Both the position numbers and the translations under genes were made by a program. The notes beneath the pieces are model-generated. The model was not told the DNA's origin and ran no database searches. It saw only the letters and a program-made list of their open reading frames with translations. This document shows, in pieces, positions 44,391 to 54,577 of a stretch of DNA of 64,000 nucleotides (position 1 is its first letter; every line of letters begins with the position of its first letter). Source of the DNA: Candidatus Woesearchaeota archaeon (GTDB lineage Archaea; Nanobdellota; Nanobdellia; Woesearchaeales; GW2011-AR9); NCBI GenBank assembly GCA_018696595.1, contig JABHQW010000003.1, forward strand, positions 32,001-96,000. Direction: 5' to 3'.

Positions 44391-44529
44391 GCCAACGTGG
44401 GACAATCTGGTACTCCGCAAGACTGGAACAGATTTTCAATAAGATCTAGCGATCTTGTTTGCTTCGGCATTTCCCGGTTCAAATAGAATCTAAGAATTAT
44501 CTTGGTTCATGAAAGTCCGGGCGTTGGCG
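44391..44529 (+). tRNA. trnS: tRNA-Ser(GGA) with two introns (44429-44451, 44484-44515)
   Basis: Acceptor GCCAACG/CGTTGGC+G73, anticodon stem CAAGA/TCTTG, long variable arm TGC-TTCG-GCA and T-stem CCCGG/CCGGG with TTCAAA|T. Confidence 0.9.
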
Positions 44530-44550
44530 CTTTTCTTTTCTTTTCTTTTT
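44530..44550 (+). terminator. Pyrimidine/oligo-T tract ending the tRNA dicistron
   Basis: CTTTTCTTTTCTTTTTCTTTT immediately after tRNA-Ser. Confidence 0.6.
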
Positions 44551-44665
44551 CACTCCTTTAAGTAACAGCTATAACCCACCTCTAGTTAATAGTAAACTTA
44601 TTACCACTATGTAATGCTAAAAGATAGAAATCTTTATAAACTATATAAATTCTCAATATAAAATC

Positions 44666-47050
44666 ATGAAAAGATCACTATTAGAACGGTTAGTTGGAGT
44701 AACTAAAGAAACTGTTAGAAATCTTAAGAAACCAGCATCAATGCTTGCATTAGGATTGGCTTTATCTTATGCTGCTCCCGCTTGTAGTTTTACTGTGGAT
44801 AGGCCAGAATTTGTTCCCCAAGATACTCAAGAAGATGTTTACGAAGATCAAAAAGATATCTCTGGTGATAATTCCATTGATGGTTCTGGCGATATAAATC
44901 CTTTTGATAATAAACCAGATTGTGAAAATCCACAGACTTTCTACTTTGATAATGATGGAGATACTTTTGGAGATGCATATGAAACTGAAACATTCTGTTC
45001 AGAGAAAGAAGCTGAAATTAACGGTTTTGTTCCAAATCCTTTAGATTGTGATGATGAAGTAAATTATATTCATCCTGATGCAGAAGAACTTTGTGATGGT
45101 TTTGATAACAATTGTGATTTTAATATCGATGAAGGTTTAGAAATTCTTGCACAATGTTATAAAGATTTTGATGATGATGGTTTTGGCGTTGAAGATGATA
45201 CCTTTGGAACTTGTATGTCAAGTTGTGGTGAAGGTTATGCAAAACATTCCGGTACAAAACCCTTTGATTGTGCAGACGATAATGATAAAGTTTTTCCAGG
45301 AGCAGAAGAAGTTTGTGATTTAATTGATAATAATTGTGAGAATGGAAACAATGAAGGTTTTGAAAATTTAGATTATTATCCAGACGTAGATGGAGATAAT
45401 GCTGGTAATATGTATGCAGAAGCAATTAAGTTCTGTAAAGAACCAACTGCTGAAATGAAACCTGCTGGTATGGAAGATGTTGAATATGTTCCAAATGCAA
45501 CAGATTGTGAAGATGGGGATCCAACTATAAATTTGAATCATCCCGAGATTTGTGACGGAAAAGATAATAATTGTAATGATGAAATTGATGATGGTGCTCC
45601 ATTATTAGATTATTTTAAAGATAATGATGGTGATGGTTACGGAAACGAAGCAGACGGAACTTGGGAAGGTTGTGGTTCAAAGCCGGGTTATGTTACTAAA
45701 GGTGGAGATTGTAATAATGAAAATAATGCAATTCATCCATTTGCAGAAGAAATTTGTAACGGTTTAGACGATGATTGTAATAATTTAATTGACTTAGAAG
45801 ATGGGTTGGCTTCAATTATTTGTTATGTTGACGACGATCAAGATGGATTTGGTTTGTCTGATTACTCTTTAGAAACTTGTGAAACAGAATGCCCTCCGTT
45901 TACATCTAAAACTGCAGGAGATTGTTACGACTTAAGTGATGCAATTCATCCTTTTGCAGAAGAAATTTGTAATACTTTAGATGATAATTGTAATGGTTTA
46001 GTTGACGATGGTTTAGAAGATGTTCAAGCATGTGATGTTTATAATAACAATATGAATGGGTTGCAAACAATTGATTGTAATGCTGAAACTGGTGTTTACG
46101 AACCTACTAGTGAATGTGATGATCCTGATGAATGTGCCCCTCAACCACAATTAAATTTGAAACCTTGTTCAACAGATGTTGGAGTTTGTGAAGAGGGTCA
46201 TGAGAAATATGATTGTGAACAGGACGATGAAGGAAATTATATTGAAGTTCTTGTTGAAGAATGTGATGGAGTTATGCCAGGAGTAGAAGATTTAGGATTA
46301 GAAGGATGTACTGTTGAAGATCTTAATGGTTTAGATGATGATTGTAACGGATTTGTCGACGAAATATGTAATGCTTATATCCCTGCTGGAATATTTAATA
46401 TGGGTTGTAATCCTACTTTTAACATTGGTTGTAATGGAGATAATGCAGATCATGCAGTTATGTTAGATGATTATGAAATTGGGATGCATGAAGTTACTAA
46501 TGCACAATACTTAGCTTGTATTCAAGCTTTAGCTTGTTCAGATTCTGCAGGTGGTTCTAAAGTAAATGATCCCGCTTATGCAAATCATCCAGTAACAAAT
46601 GTAACTTGGCAACAAGCAAAAGATTATTGTGAACACGCCGGTGGGAATTTACCTACAGAAGCACAATGGGAAAAAGCTGCTCGTGGTGAAGATAGCTGGC
46701 AAATGTTTCCTTGGGGAGATAATTTACCAAATTGTAATTTAGTAAATTATAACATGTGTGTGGGCGAAACTACAGAAGTTGACGATTATGAAGATGGCGT
46801 TTCTCCATTTGGTTTGTTTAATATGAGTGGAAATGTTATGGAATGGGTTGGAGATTGGTCTAGTGCTTATCAACAAGGTTTCCAAGAGAATCCTACTGGT
46901 CCAGAAGATGGGGTTCAGAAGGTTGTTCGGAGTTCAAATTATTCAGACAGTGAAGAATTTGTTACAACTTATCAAAGAAATGGTATAGGTCCCAGTATGA
47001 ACAAAGCTTATATTGGTTTACGTTGTGTTACAGAACCAACTGATGAATAA
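44666..47050 (+). CDS. Exported protein with MopE-like metal-binding repeats and a C-terminal FGE-sulfatase (CLec-like) domain
   Basis: Signal/lipoprotein-like N-terminus (LALSYAAPAC), five DC.D....IHP.A.E.C...DNNC repeats, then FNMG, HEVTNAQY, LPTEAQWEKAARG, MSGNVMEW and GLRCV. Confidence 0.9.
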   Translation: MKRSLLERLVGVTKETVRNLKKPASMLALGLALSYAAPACSFTVDRPEFVPQDTQEDVYEDQKDISGDNSIDGSGDINPFDNKPDCENPQTFYFDNDGDTFGDAYETETFCSEKEAEINGFVPNPLDCDDEVNYIHPDAEELCDGFDNNCDFNIDEGLEILAQCYKDFDDDGFGVEDDTFGTCMSSCGEGYAKHSGTKPFDCADDNDKVFPGAEEVCDLIDNNCENGNNEGFENLDYYPDVDGDNAGNMYAEAIKFCKEPTAEMKPAGMEDVEYVPNATDCEDGDPTINLNHPEICDGKDNNCNDEIDDGAPLLDYFKDNDGDGYGNEADGTWEGCGSKPGYVTKGGDCNNENNAIHPFAEEICNGLDDDCNNLIDLEDGLASIICYVDDDQDGFGLSDYSLETCETECPPFTSKTAGDCYDLSDAIHPFAEEICNTLDDNCNGLVDDGLEDVQACDVYNNNMNGLQTIDCNAETGVYEPTSECDDPDECAPQPQLNLKPCSTDVGVCEEGHEKYDCEQDDEGNYIEVLVEECDGVMPGVEDLGLEGCTVEDLNGLDDDCNGFVDEICNAYIPAGIFNMGCNPTFNIGCNGDNADHAVMLDDYEIGMHEVTNAQYLACIQALACSDSAGGSKVNDPAYANHPVTNVTWQQAKDYCEHAGGNLPTEAQWEKAARGEDSWQMFPWGDNLPNCNLVNYNMCVGETTEVDDYEDGVSPFGLFNMSGNVMEWVGDWSSAYQQGFQENPTGPEDGVQKVVRSSNYSDSEEFVTTYQRNGIGPSMNKAYIGLRCVTEPTDE

Positions 47051-47122
47051 ATTTCTAAATAATTTTTCTTTTTAAAATAAGTATCTTTATATAAGATAAA
47101 AAAATACTTTTTATTAGTATAT

Positions 47123-50100
47123 ATGTACTTAGACAAAAAAGGGGAAGTTGTAGTAGTAGTTATTATAGCTCTTGCTGTAATTATTTCTAGTTTTTTCGCT
47201 ATAAATCAAATTTCTGATGGTAATATGGTTACTGGGGCAGCAATTGGTTTAGGTAATATTAAAACTCAAGCATCTTGTGGGGATACAATTACTTCTAGCA
47301 CTACTTTAACAGAAAACTTAGGACCTTGCTCAAACTTAGATGGGTTGATAATTGGAGCAAATAATGTTGTTTTAGATTGTGCTGGTTACAAAATTATTGG
47401 AGAAAATGATTTAAATAAATACGGGGTTAAAAACCCTCAATACAATCGAATTACTATCAAGAACTGTTCCATTACAAACTTTTCTATCGGTATCAGTTTT
47501 AGCAGAGACTCATTACTATCAACAATAATCAACAACACTTTATTCACAAACACAGATGGTATTTATATCTTTAATTCAAATACTACAACAATAATAAATA
47601 ACACCATTAAGAATCAAACACAGCACGGTCTTTGGTTAGTTGGAGTTGGAGATGGCTTAATAATAAATAACCTAATAGAAAACAATGGAATTAGTGACTT
47701 AACTACAAAGAACGGAATAAATATAGACTTTGGAGATTATTCTTCAAATTTAACTTTTATTAACAACACACTTTACAACAACTCAATAGCAATAGAAGCA
47801 AGTGTAACAGAGACAAGATTCTATAACAACAAATTCAATTACACGCCAATTATAAATGGTAACGCAGTAACTATCTGGAACACAACATATGATAACACAA
47901 CAAAGAACATTGTCTACGGAATCTCAACCGGTGGTAACTGGTGGCATAATTATACTGGAAACGATACTAACGATGATGGTATTGGAGATGATGCAAACTA
48001 TTCTATTACTGCCACTTACAAAGATGAAAGACCGTTAGTTTCTGTTTATCAATTTACGAAACCTAATAGTGCAGCAACATTCGCCGATAACTTAAACATC
48101 AATAGCACTTTTAACTCAACTAACCCAATGACATCTGGAAGTAACCATTCAACAAGGCAGAATATTACTTTCTTTAATAGTACAACTAGAAATAAATATT
48201 TTACAGTTGAAGCATACTTTAATCAGACAGTTGGCCTAGGTTCTATTAGATTCTATAGGAACCTAACTGCAGAAAATAATGTAGTTGCCATTGCTGTTGA
48301 TATCTCTTCTGCTACTGGAACAGCACCTACACACACCACTTATCTTTTCAATAATAATTCCGGAGATGGGGTTACAGTTTGTTCTTTTGCAGAAACTTTA
48401 ACAGCTACAAATCTTAGTTGTGAAAACCGAACCCAGATAACATCACAAAACATTACAGACGCAGTTTCTATAAAAAACGTTACAGTTAGTTTAGATGGAG
48501 ATTATTACAAGATAGAAAATCTTTCAGGGACAGGTGTTCTTCTAGGATCAAACACTAGCCTAGTTATCTGGGATGAGACCGATACAAACGTACGTTATGG
48601 AGATGCATTAAGAAACCCAGATGCTAACACTTCGTTCTTTGCAAATTATACCAGTTCTTTAGGAACTGCAATTACTAATGGGAATTGTACAATTACTTAT
48701 AATAATGCCTCCGCTTTCCAAATGCCCTATGATTCTGCTAAAGAACTATTTGTTGCTAATGCTAGCAACTTTAGTGGAGGGATTGAAGAATGGAATGTAA
48801 CTTGTTTTGCTTTATACCGCCACACCATGTTCTTAAACGATAGTGTTAACATATCCACTTGTCCCCGTTATGTTAACAATGATTATACATTAACTATTGA
48901 CCACACCGCAACAACTGATTGTTTAATTATTAATGCTAGTAACGTTACAATTAACGGTGCGGGATATTCTATTAATGGAAATGGAACTGGGACAGGGATT
49001 TTGTCAACTGCTTTTAGAAACATAACAATTCAAAACATTAATGTTTTCAATTTTAGTTATGCAGTATTTCTTAATCTTTCAGATAACGTAACAATCAGTA
49101 ACAGCAACTTAACTGAATTTATAAATTATGGTTTACTTTTAACAAATACAAATAATTCTTACTTTTCAGATCTTAATATCACAGGAAACCAAGGAGTTTC
49201 ATCTGCACTTTATGTTCTTTATAATTCCACTAACAATAACTTAACAAATTGTGAACTTTCATCCACTAATCCAGATGTGGCGGCTAATCATCAAGGACAA
49301 TTATATTTACTTAATAGCACTTTTAATCGAAACAATATGCTTGTTACATCTATAGGAAATGTTTTTGTGCAATGGTATTTACAATACAACATTACTGCTG
49401 CCGACGGTTCACCAATCCCTTCTGCTATAGTTAATATTACTTACAATTCTACTATCACAAATTTCTCATTCCCTGTAGATGATGAAAGTTTAACTACAAA
49501 AATTATTGCTACTGAATTCTTTAAAAATTCTACAAATACAACTTATGAAACTCCAACCAGAGCAATCGCTTATGCTTTTGGATTCTTACAAACTATAAAT
49601 TATACAAACTTAACTCAAACTAATTCTACCTTAAAACAAATGAACCTTAGTTTAATTCCTCAAGCACCTAACAACGATTGTGGTACATATACAACTGATA
49701 TTGTTTTCTCAGGTGGAATTACATATGCTAATTCTACTATTTGTATAACTGTAGGTGCCGATAATATTGTCATTAATGGAAATGGATCAGTAATTTATGG
49801 TAATCATAGTTCTACCGCCTATGGACTTTATGCTTTATTGAAAGATAATGTCACGATACACAATCTCACATTAATCAATTTTACTAATTATCAAGTTTAT
49901 TTAGCAGGTTCAAATAATTTCACTTTTTACAATTCTTCATTTCGTGCTAATGACACTAATAATTTAGGATTCTTTTTGTATTATTCAGATGACAATAATA
50001 TTACCAACAATACAATCTTTACAGAAACCACAAATGGTTATGGTTCTTATTCATATCGTTCTCATAGAAACCTTTTTTCCAAAAATAGAATCACAACAAA

Positions 50101-52630
50101 AGGAGCAACTAGTCCGGGGTTATATTTTACTGGCAGATCAAATACTAACTCGGTTTTGAGTAATATTATTAACACCACTGGAGCCAGTTCTAAGAGTATT
50201 CAATTAGATACTTCTCTTAGTAATATTATATCACACAATATAATTTACGCCCCTGGTTCTTCTAGTAGAGGGATAGATTTAACCTCCTCTAATTCTTCAA
50301 CAATATTCAATAATACAATTAACCCAGTAAATAATGGCATGGTAATAAGTTCTTCAGTCTTAAACAACATTTCTAATAACACTTTAAACACTAGTGCAGA
50401 CGGAATAGTTTTTATCGGCGGACAGCAAAACATTGTTGATTTTAATTCAATTAATTCTACTTCAGAAGGATTATTCTTAAGTGGGAGCGATTATGGGAAA
50501 TTTAGAGGAAACAATGTTATTTCTGACGCAGTAGGTGCTTTTTTACAAATCGGTGCGATTGGTAATAACTTTTCCAATAATAACTTTACAGTGAGTTCTT
50601 CTGGAACTTATGGTGTAAGATTTGGTGGCACAGATACCAATAACACCTTTGTCAATGATTATATTAATTCATCTGGCACTTCAGATATTTATAGTGCTGG
50701 AAATGCAGGAGATTACAATTACTTTGTCAATTCTAGTTTCAACAAGAACAGCATAACAGCTGCTGCTCCGGGAAGAATTTATGTTCAATGGTATTTAGAC
50801 CTAACTGTTAAGAACGGTTCTTTAACTGCAATTAATGGCTCTTTAATTAACATTAACAACTCATTGAATGAATTTGAAATTAGTAATCTTTACACAAACA
50901 TTTCAGGACAAATTCCAAGACAAACTTTAACTGAATTCTTTAGAAATAGCACTGGACAATTTAATCAAACTCCACACAATATAACTGCAATTAGGATTAC
51001 TCCAACTCCTGCTTATCGGCTTAATTACACTGTAATTAATCTTTCTCAAACAAACAGTACAGCAGTAACTTTAATTCAAAAATTCAATAGCGACCCTGTT
51101 TTGACTAATCCTGCAATGAATTTAACAGTAGTTTATACTGATACAAATCATATTAATGCGAGTGTAACTTATACTGATGATGATTTGGACTTAGGAAACA
51201 TAACTTTTATTTGGTACGTAAACAATAATGAAATTAAAAGAACGTATAATGTTAGCGTAAATGCAACAGTTGTTGTAAGTAACATTTCTTTAACAGATTA
51301 TAATTATAATAAAGGAGATGTGATAAGAGTTAATGTAACAGCTAATGACACTTACTTAACAGTTATGGTTACTAACACCACAACAATACCAAATAAACCG
51401 CCTGCATTAACAATTCCTATAATCTTACCGGGTCCTGCTTACACGAACAGTACATTGACAACAAACACAACTGTGACGGATGCTGACGGTGACTTAACAC
51501 AGTTATGGTTAGATTGGTATTCTAATAATGCCCTTGTAAAAAGTGAGAATTGGGGTGGTTTAGCTAACGGCACACTAAGAAGTTCTACTTTAGCAAGTTC
51601 TAACTTTGTAAAGAGTAATATTGTTAATGTTACGGTAATTGCTTATGATGGAACCAGTTATAGTACTAGAAACTGGTCTGTTAATTTAAATGTAACAAAT
51701 TCAGTTCCTTTGTACAATTTAACAATTGGAAATTTTAGTATGAGTACTAGTGAAGAAACTACTTTGAATTTAAGCACTTATTTTACTGATGGTGATAGCG
51801 ATACCTTAAATTATACTATTGTTAACGTTTCTATCGTTAGTTTTACAATTAATACTACTACAAAAATCTTAACAATTACTTCTAATAGTACGACTGGAAG
51901 TGTTTCTACTTTTATTAACGCAACAGATGGACAGAATTCCACTGCGGGGGGCAATTTTACAATTACAGTGAGTGCCCCAAGTACATCAACATCAACAAGT
52001 CCTGGTGGTGGAAGGGGGGGCGGTCCACCAAAAGTGATTATTGAAGAAGAAGAAGAGGAAAAGAAACCCGTTGAAACGGATTCTGCATTTACATCTACTT
52101 CTTCAAGTGGTAGTGAATGTCCGCCAGGACAAATCTTAATAAATGGTACCTGTGTAGATATAACCGAAGATCCTTATGAGAATTTTAAGAAACTTGAAGA
52201 AGAATTTGATCAAATGTATCCCACTTCTTTCTCTAAAGTATTAGAAGAACAAGTTGGTATGAGTTGTTTAACTCGATCTCCAAACCCATTGTTTAAGATT
52301 AAGAATGAGAATTACATTCTTGCGTTGGAAGCTTTAGGAAATAAAGAAACCGTTGTAATGTATGAATTACAAGGCAATGTTTTGAAATTAATTTGGTTAG
52401 TTAATGAAAAAGAGGAAAAAGAAATATGTACTGAATTAAATTTTATTAATCAGAAAGAAAAAGAAGTATTATCATCAGTTAATAACATCTTAACTCAAGG
52501 TAACAGCTTGTTTACTGAATTTATATGTTTTAATTCAGAAGTTCAATCAATGATCATTATCCAAGATTATGTTATTTGCGATGAATTAGCTAATCAAGAT
52601 TATTTAATTGAAACAGATTTAATGAAATGA
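47123..52630 (+). CDS. Very large surface glycoprotein with parallel beta-helix (NosD/CASH-like) and Ig-like domains
   Basis: N-terminal TM after KKG, several Asn-rich beta-helix blocks, many N-x-S/T sequons, a duplicated VQWYL...TEFF.NST module and an S/T/G linker. Confidence 0.85.
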   Translation: MYLDKKGEVVVVVIIALAVIISSFFAINQISDGNMVTGAAIGLGNIKTQASCGDTITSSTTLTENLGPCSNLDGLIIGANNVVLDCAGYKIIGENDLNKYGVKNPQYNRITIKNCSITNFSIGISFSRDSLLSTIINNTLFTNTDGIYIFNSNTTTIINNTIKNQTQHGLWLVGVGDGLIINNLIENNGISDLTTKNGINIDFGDYSSNLTFINNTLYNNSIAIEASVTETRFYNNKFNYTPIINGNAVTIWNTTYDNTTKNIVYGISTGGNWWHNYTGNDTNDDGIGDDANYSITATYKDERPLVSVYQFTKPNSAATFADNLNINSTFNSTNPMTSGSNHSTRQNITFFNSTTRNKYFTVEAYFNQTVGLGSIRFYRNLTAENNVVAIAVDISSATGTAPTHTTYLFNNNSGDGVTVCSFAETLTATNLSCENRTQITSQNITDAVSIKNVTVSLDGDYYKIENLSGTGVLLGSNTSLVIWDETDTNVRYGDALRNPDANTSFFANYTSSLGTAITNGNCTITYNNASAFQMPYDSAKELFVANASNFSGGIEEWNVTCFALYRHTMFLNDSVNISTCPRYVNNDYTLTIDHTATTDCLIINASNVTINGAGYSINGNGTGTGILSTAFRNITIQNINVFNFSYAVFLNLSDNVTISNSNLTEFINYGLLLTNTNNSYFSDLNITGNQGVSSALYVLYNSTNNNLTNCELSSTNPDVAANHQGQLYLLNSTFNRNNMLVTSIGNVFVQWYLQYNITAADGSPIPSAIVNITYNSTITNFSFPVDDESLTTKIIATEFFKNSTNTTYETPTRAIAYAFGFLQTINYTNLTQTNSTLKQMNLSLIPQAPNNDCGTYTTDIVFSGGITYANSTICITVGADNIVINGNGSVIYGNHSSTAYGLYALLKDNVTIHNLTLINFTNYQVYLAGSNNFTFYNSSFRANDTNNLGFFLYYSDDNNITNNTIFTETTNGYGSYSYRSHRNLFSKNRITTKGATSPGLYFTGRSNTNSVLSNIINTTGASSKSIQLDTSLSNIISHNIIYAPGSSSRGIDLTSSNSSTIFNNTINPVNNGMVISSSVLNNISNNTLNTSADGIVFIGGQQNIVDFNSINSTSEGLFLSGSDYGKFRGNNVISDAVGAFLQIGAIGNNFSNNNFTVSSSGTYGVRFGGTDTNNTFVNDYINSSGTSDIYSAGNAGDYNYFVNSSFNKNSITAAAPGRIYVQWYLDLTVKNGSLTAINGSLININNSLNEFEISNLYTNISGQIPRQTLTEFFRNSTGQFNQTPHNITAIRITPTPAYRLNYTVINLSQTNSTAVTLIQKFNSDPVLTNPAMNLTVVYTDTNHINASVTYTDDDLDLGNITFIWYVNNNEIKRTYNVSVNATVVVSNISLTDYNYNKGDVIRVNVTANDTYLTVMVTNTTTIPNKPPALTIPIILPGPAYTNSTLTTNTTVTDADGDLTQLWLDWYSNNALVKSENWGGLANGTLRSSTLASSNFVKSNIVNVTVIAYDGTSYSTRNWSVNLNVTNSVPLYNLTIGNFSMSTSEETTLNLSTYFTDGDSDTLNYTIVNVSIVSFTINTTTKILTITSNSTTGSVSTFINATDGQNSTAGGNFTITVSAPSTSTSTSPGGGRGGGPPKVIIEEEEEEKKPVETDSAFTSTSSSGSECPPGQILINGTCVDITEDPYENFKKLEEEFDQMYPTSFSKVLEEQVGMSCLTRSPNPLFKIKNENYILALEALGNKETVVMYELQGNVLKLIWLVNEKEEKEICTELNFINQKEKEVLSSVNNILTQGNSLFTEFICFNSEVQSMIIIQDYVICDELANQDYLIETDLMK

Positions 52631-52740
52631 AAACATTTATAATAACAAAAATAATAATAACTAAAAAAGACATAAGAAAACGTTTTACATTTTCTAGAGT
52701 CTTTTTAAAATCAAAAGTCTAAAAAAGAGGTTAATAAGAA

Positions 52741-52962
52741 ATGTTAGTGTTTGGTGTTGATATACCTTTGGTAGAGGTTATCTTTGTATTGTCCATTATC
52801 ATATTCATTCTATTAATAGAAGCTATTGTCGTTATTTCTTTGTTAATTAAACAAATGAACAAGACTAAGAAGCTAACAGGTCTTATTGAAAAACTTTCTA
52901 ATACTATTCTTGAGATTAAAAAGAAAGAAATTGAACAACTTGATAAGTTAAAAAGAAGATAA
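52741..52962 (+). CDS. Small membrane protein
   Basis: One long hydrophobic helix followed by a basic coiled-coil tail. Confidence 0.7.
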   Translation: MLVFGVDIPLVEVIFVLSIIIFILLIEAIVVISLLIKQMNKTKKLTGLIEKLSNTILEIKKKEIEQLDKLKRR

Positions 52963-53018
52963 TTTGTTGTTTTTATTCTGATAAATTAAATAAGAAAAAA
53001 AAATTAAAAAGAATAGCC

Positions 53019-53729
53019 CTACTTAGGAGCTTCTTCTTTCTTCTCTTCTGGTGCCAATTCGTTAATAATCGGCATCGGAATTCCTGCTTCTTCCATAGCT
53101 TTTCTTGCTTTTCTATTATCTTTGAACTTACTTAAGATATCTTTAGCTTTGGTTTCGTACTCTGCACGTTTTAGTTCAAGATCTTCTTGAAGTTTTTTCT
53201 GCTCTTCTTCTTGTGCTTTAAGCTCTTCTGCAGTTAATTCTGTTTTTCCAGAAATAATCTTTTCATCGAATCGTCCTTCATCAATCGCTTTTAATGCGTC
53301 TGTTGCGGACATTCCTTCAATCATGATTCCCATTGATTGACAAGTTCCAACAATTTCTTTTGCCCTTGATTTGTTGTTTGCCCCTAATAAAGCGTCTTCT
53401 TTCATCTTAGCAACCTTAATGATCTGTTCGATCTTTAAGTCTGCAACTTTATCAGTTAAAGGATTAGCTGCTCCTTTAGCAATACCTGCTTCTTTCTTAA
53501 TTAAAGCAGCTGCTGGTGGAGTTCCAATTTCGATTGTAAAATCTTTAGTTGAATCATCTATAATAACTTTAACAGGAACTTGCATTCCTTTCAAGTCAGC
53601 AGTTTTTTTGTTGATCTCAGACACAACTTGTCCAATATTTACTCCTGCTGGCCCTAAAGCTGGTCCTAATGGTGGTGCTGCAGTAGCTTTTCCACCTTCA
53701 ATTAATACTTCTATAGTTTGTTTTCCCAT
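53019..53729 (-). CDS. rpl11: 50S ribosomal protein L11 (uL11) with a C-terminal extension
   Basis: GGKATAAPPLGPALGP, VPVKV and TPPAAALIKKE. ATG at 53729 preferred over the track start at 53801. Confidence 0.95.
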   Translation of the reverse strand: MGKQTIEVLIEGGKATAAPPLGPALGPAGVNIGQVVSEINKKTADLKGMQVPVKVIIDDSTKDFTIEIGTPPAAALIKKEAGIAKGAANPLTDKVADLKIEQIIKVAKMKEDALLGANNKSRAKEIVGTCQSMGIMIEGMSATDALKAIDEGRFDEKIISGKTELTAEELKAQEEEQKKLQEDLELKRAEYETKAKDILSKFKDNRKARKAMEEAGIPMPIINELAPEEKKEEAPK

Positions 53730-53905
53730 ATAATCTTTACAAAGATTATCATTCAAAGACTGCGGGATGCGTTTACTTCGTAAACTTACCCACAAAGTCA
53801 TGCATCATGATATGATAACCTTTCCCTCCGTGTGTTAGGTGCTTTTATTTCACCCTTGTAATAGTAATGCGTAACTTTGCTTTAAAGAAGGGATTCATTT
53901 ATAAG
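53730..53905 (-). promoter_or_regulatory. TATA box and ~145-nt structured leader of rpl11
   Basis: Minus-strand CTTATAAA at 53898-53905 and hairpins at 53758-53799 and 53731-53748. Confidence 0.55.
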
Positions 53906-53918
53906 GTTTACGCAGAAA

Positions 53919-54494
53919 TTATTCTAATAAATTTCTAATTTCTTGAATTTCTGCTAAGTACTGGGGTTTCATCCCTGGTTGTCTAAAACAAAGCTCATAT
54001 TTATCAACACAAGTTTGATACGTTTTTTCTTCTTTTGTTGGCGGTTTATGAGATGTTAATCTTTGAAAATAGTCAAACCTGGCTTTTGCTACTAAAAAAT
54101 TCTTTTTTCTTCTAGACTTAGCGGCTTGACACATCTCATCTAATAAAACATCTTTTCTTTTTCTAGTTCTTTTTCTATAATCTACTAATTTTTTCTCTAC
54201 TTTTTTACCTGTTCTAACTTCTTCTGCATTATGATAATCTTCATTTAGTTTTTCTGCAATCATTGCTAAATTTGGTTTTCCTGCATTTGTTCCAGATTGA
54301 TATCTAAATTCAGACATTCTTGTATATTCGAAAGCATCTTTTATTTCATCATCACTCCAAACATTTTTCCCTTGGACTCTAGCAGACTCTCTTCCTGCTT
54401 CCGCTACTCCATTTGTCTGAAACTCTTCTGAAAATATACCTGTTTCATTCTCTAAAGTACTAAGTCCGCCCATAACTCGATGATCTATGCTCAT
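53919..54494 (-). CDS. Hypothetical protein
   Basis: 191-aa ORF with a possible HTH-like central segment. Confidence 0.65.
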   Translation of the reverse strand: MSIDHRVMGGLSTLENETGIFSEEFQTNGVAEAGRESARVQGKNVWSDDEIKDAFEYTRMSEFRYQSGTNAGKPNLAMIAEKLNEDYHNAEEVRTGKKVEKKLVDYRKRTRKRKDVLLDEMCQAAKSRRKKNFLVAKARFDYFQRLTSHKPPTKEEKTYQTCVDKYELCFRQPGMKPQYLAEIQEIRNLLE

Positions 54495-54577
54495 AATTAT
54501 ATCTTTTACCTATTTGTTTTATAAGTCTTTTGTTATTCCTTAGTTACTACAAACAATAATAAACTAAATTACTTTAA

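Noticed and set aside
44261-44449. 62-aa ORF in the track
   Set aside because: It overlaps the two intron-containing tRNA genes and has no protein features.
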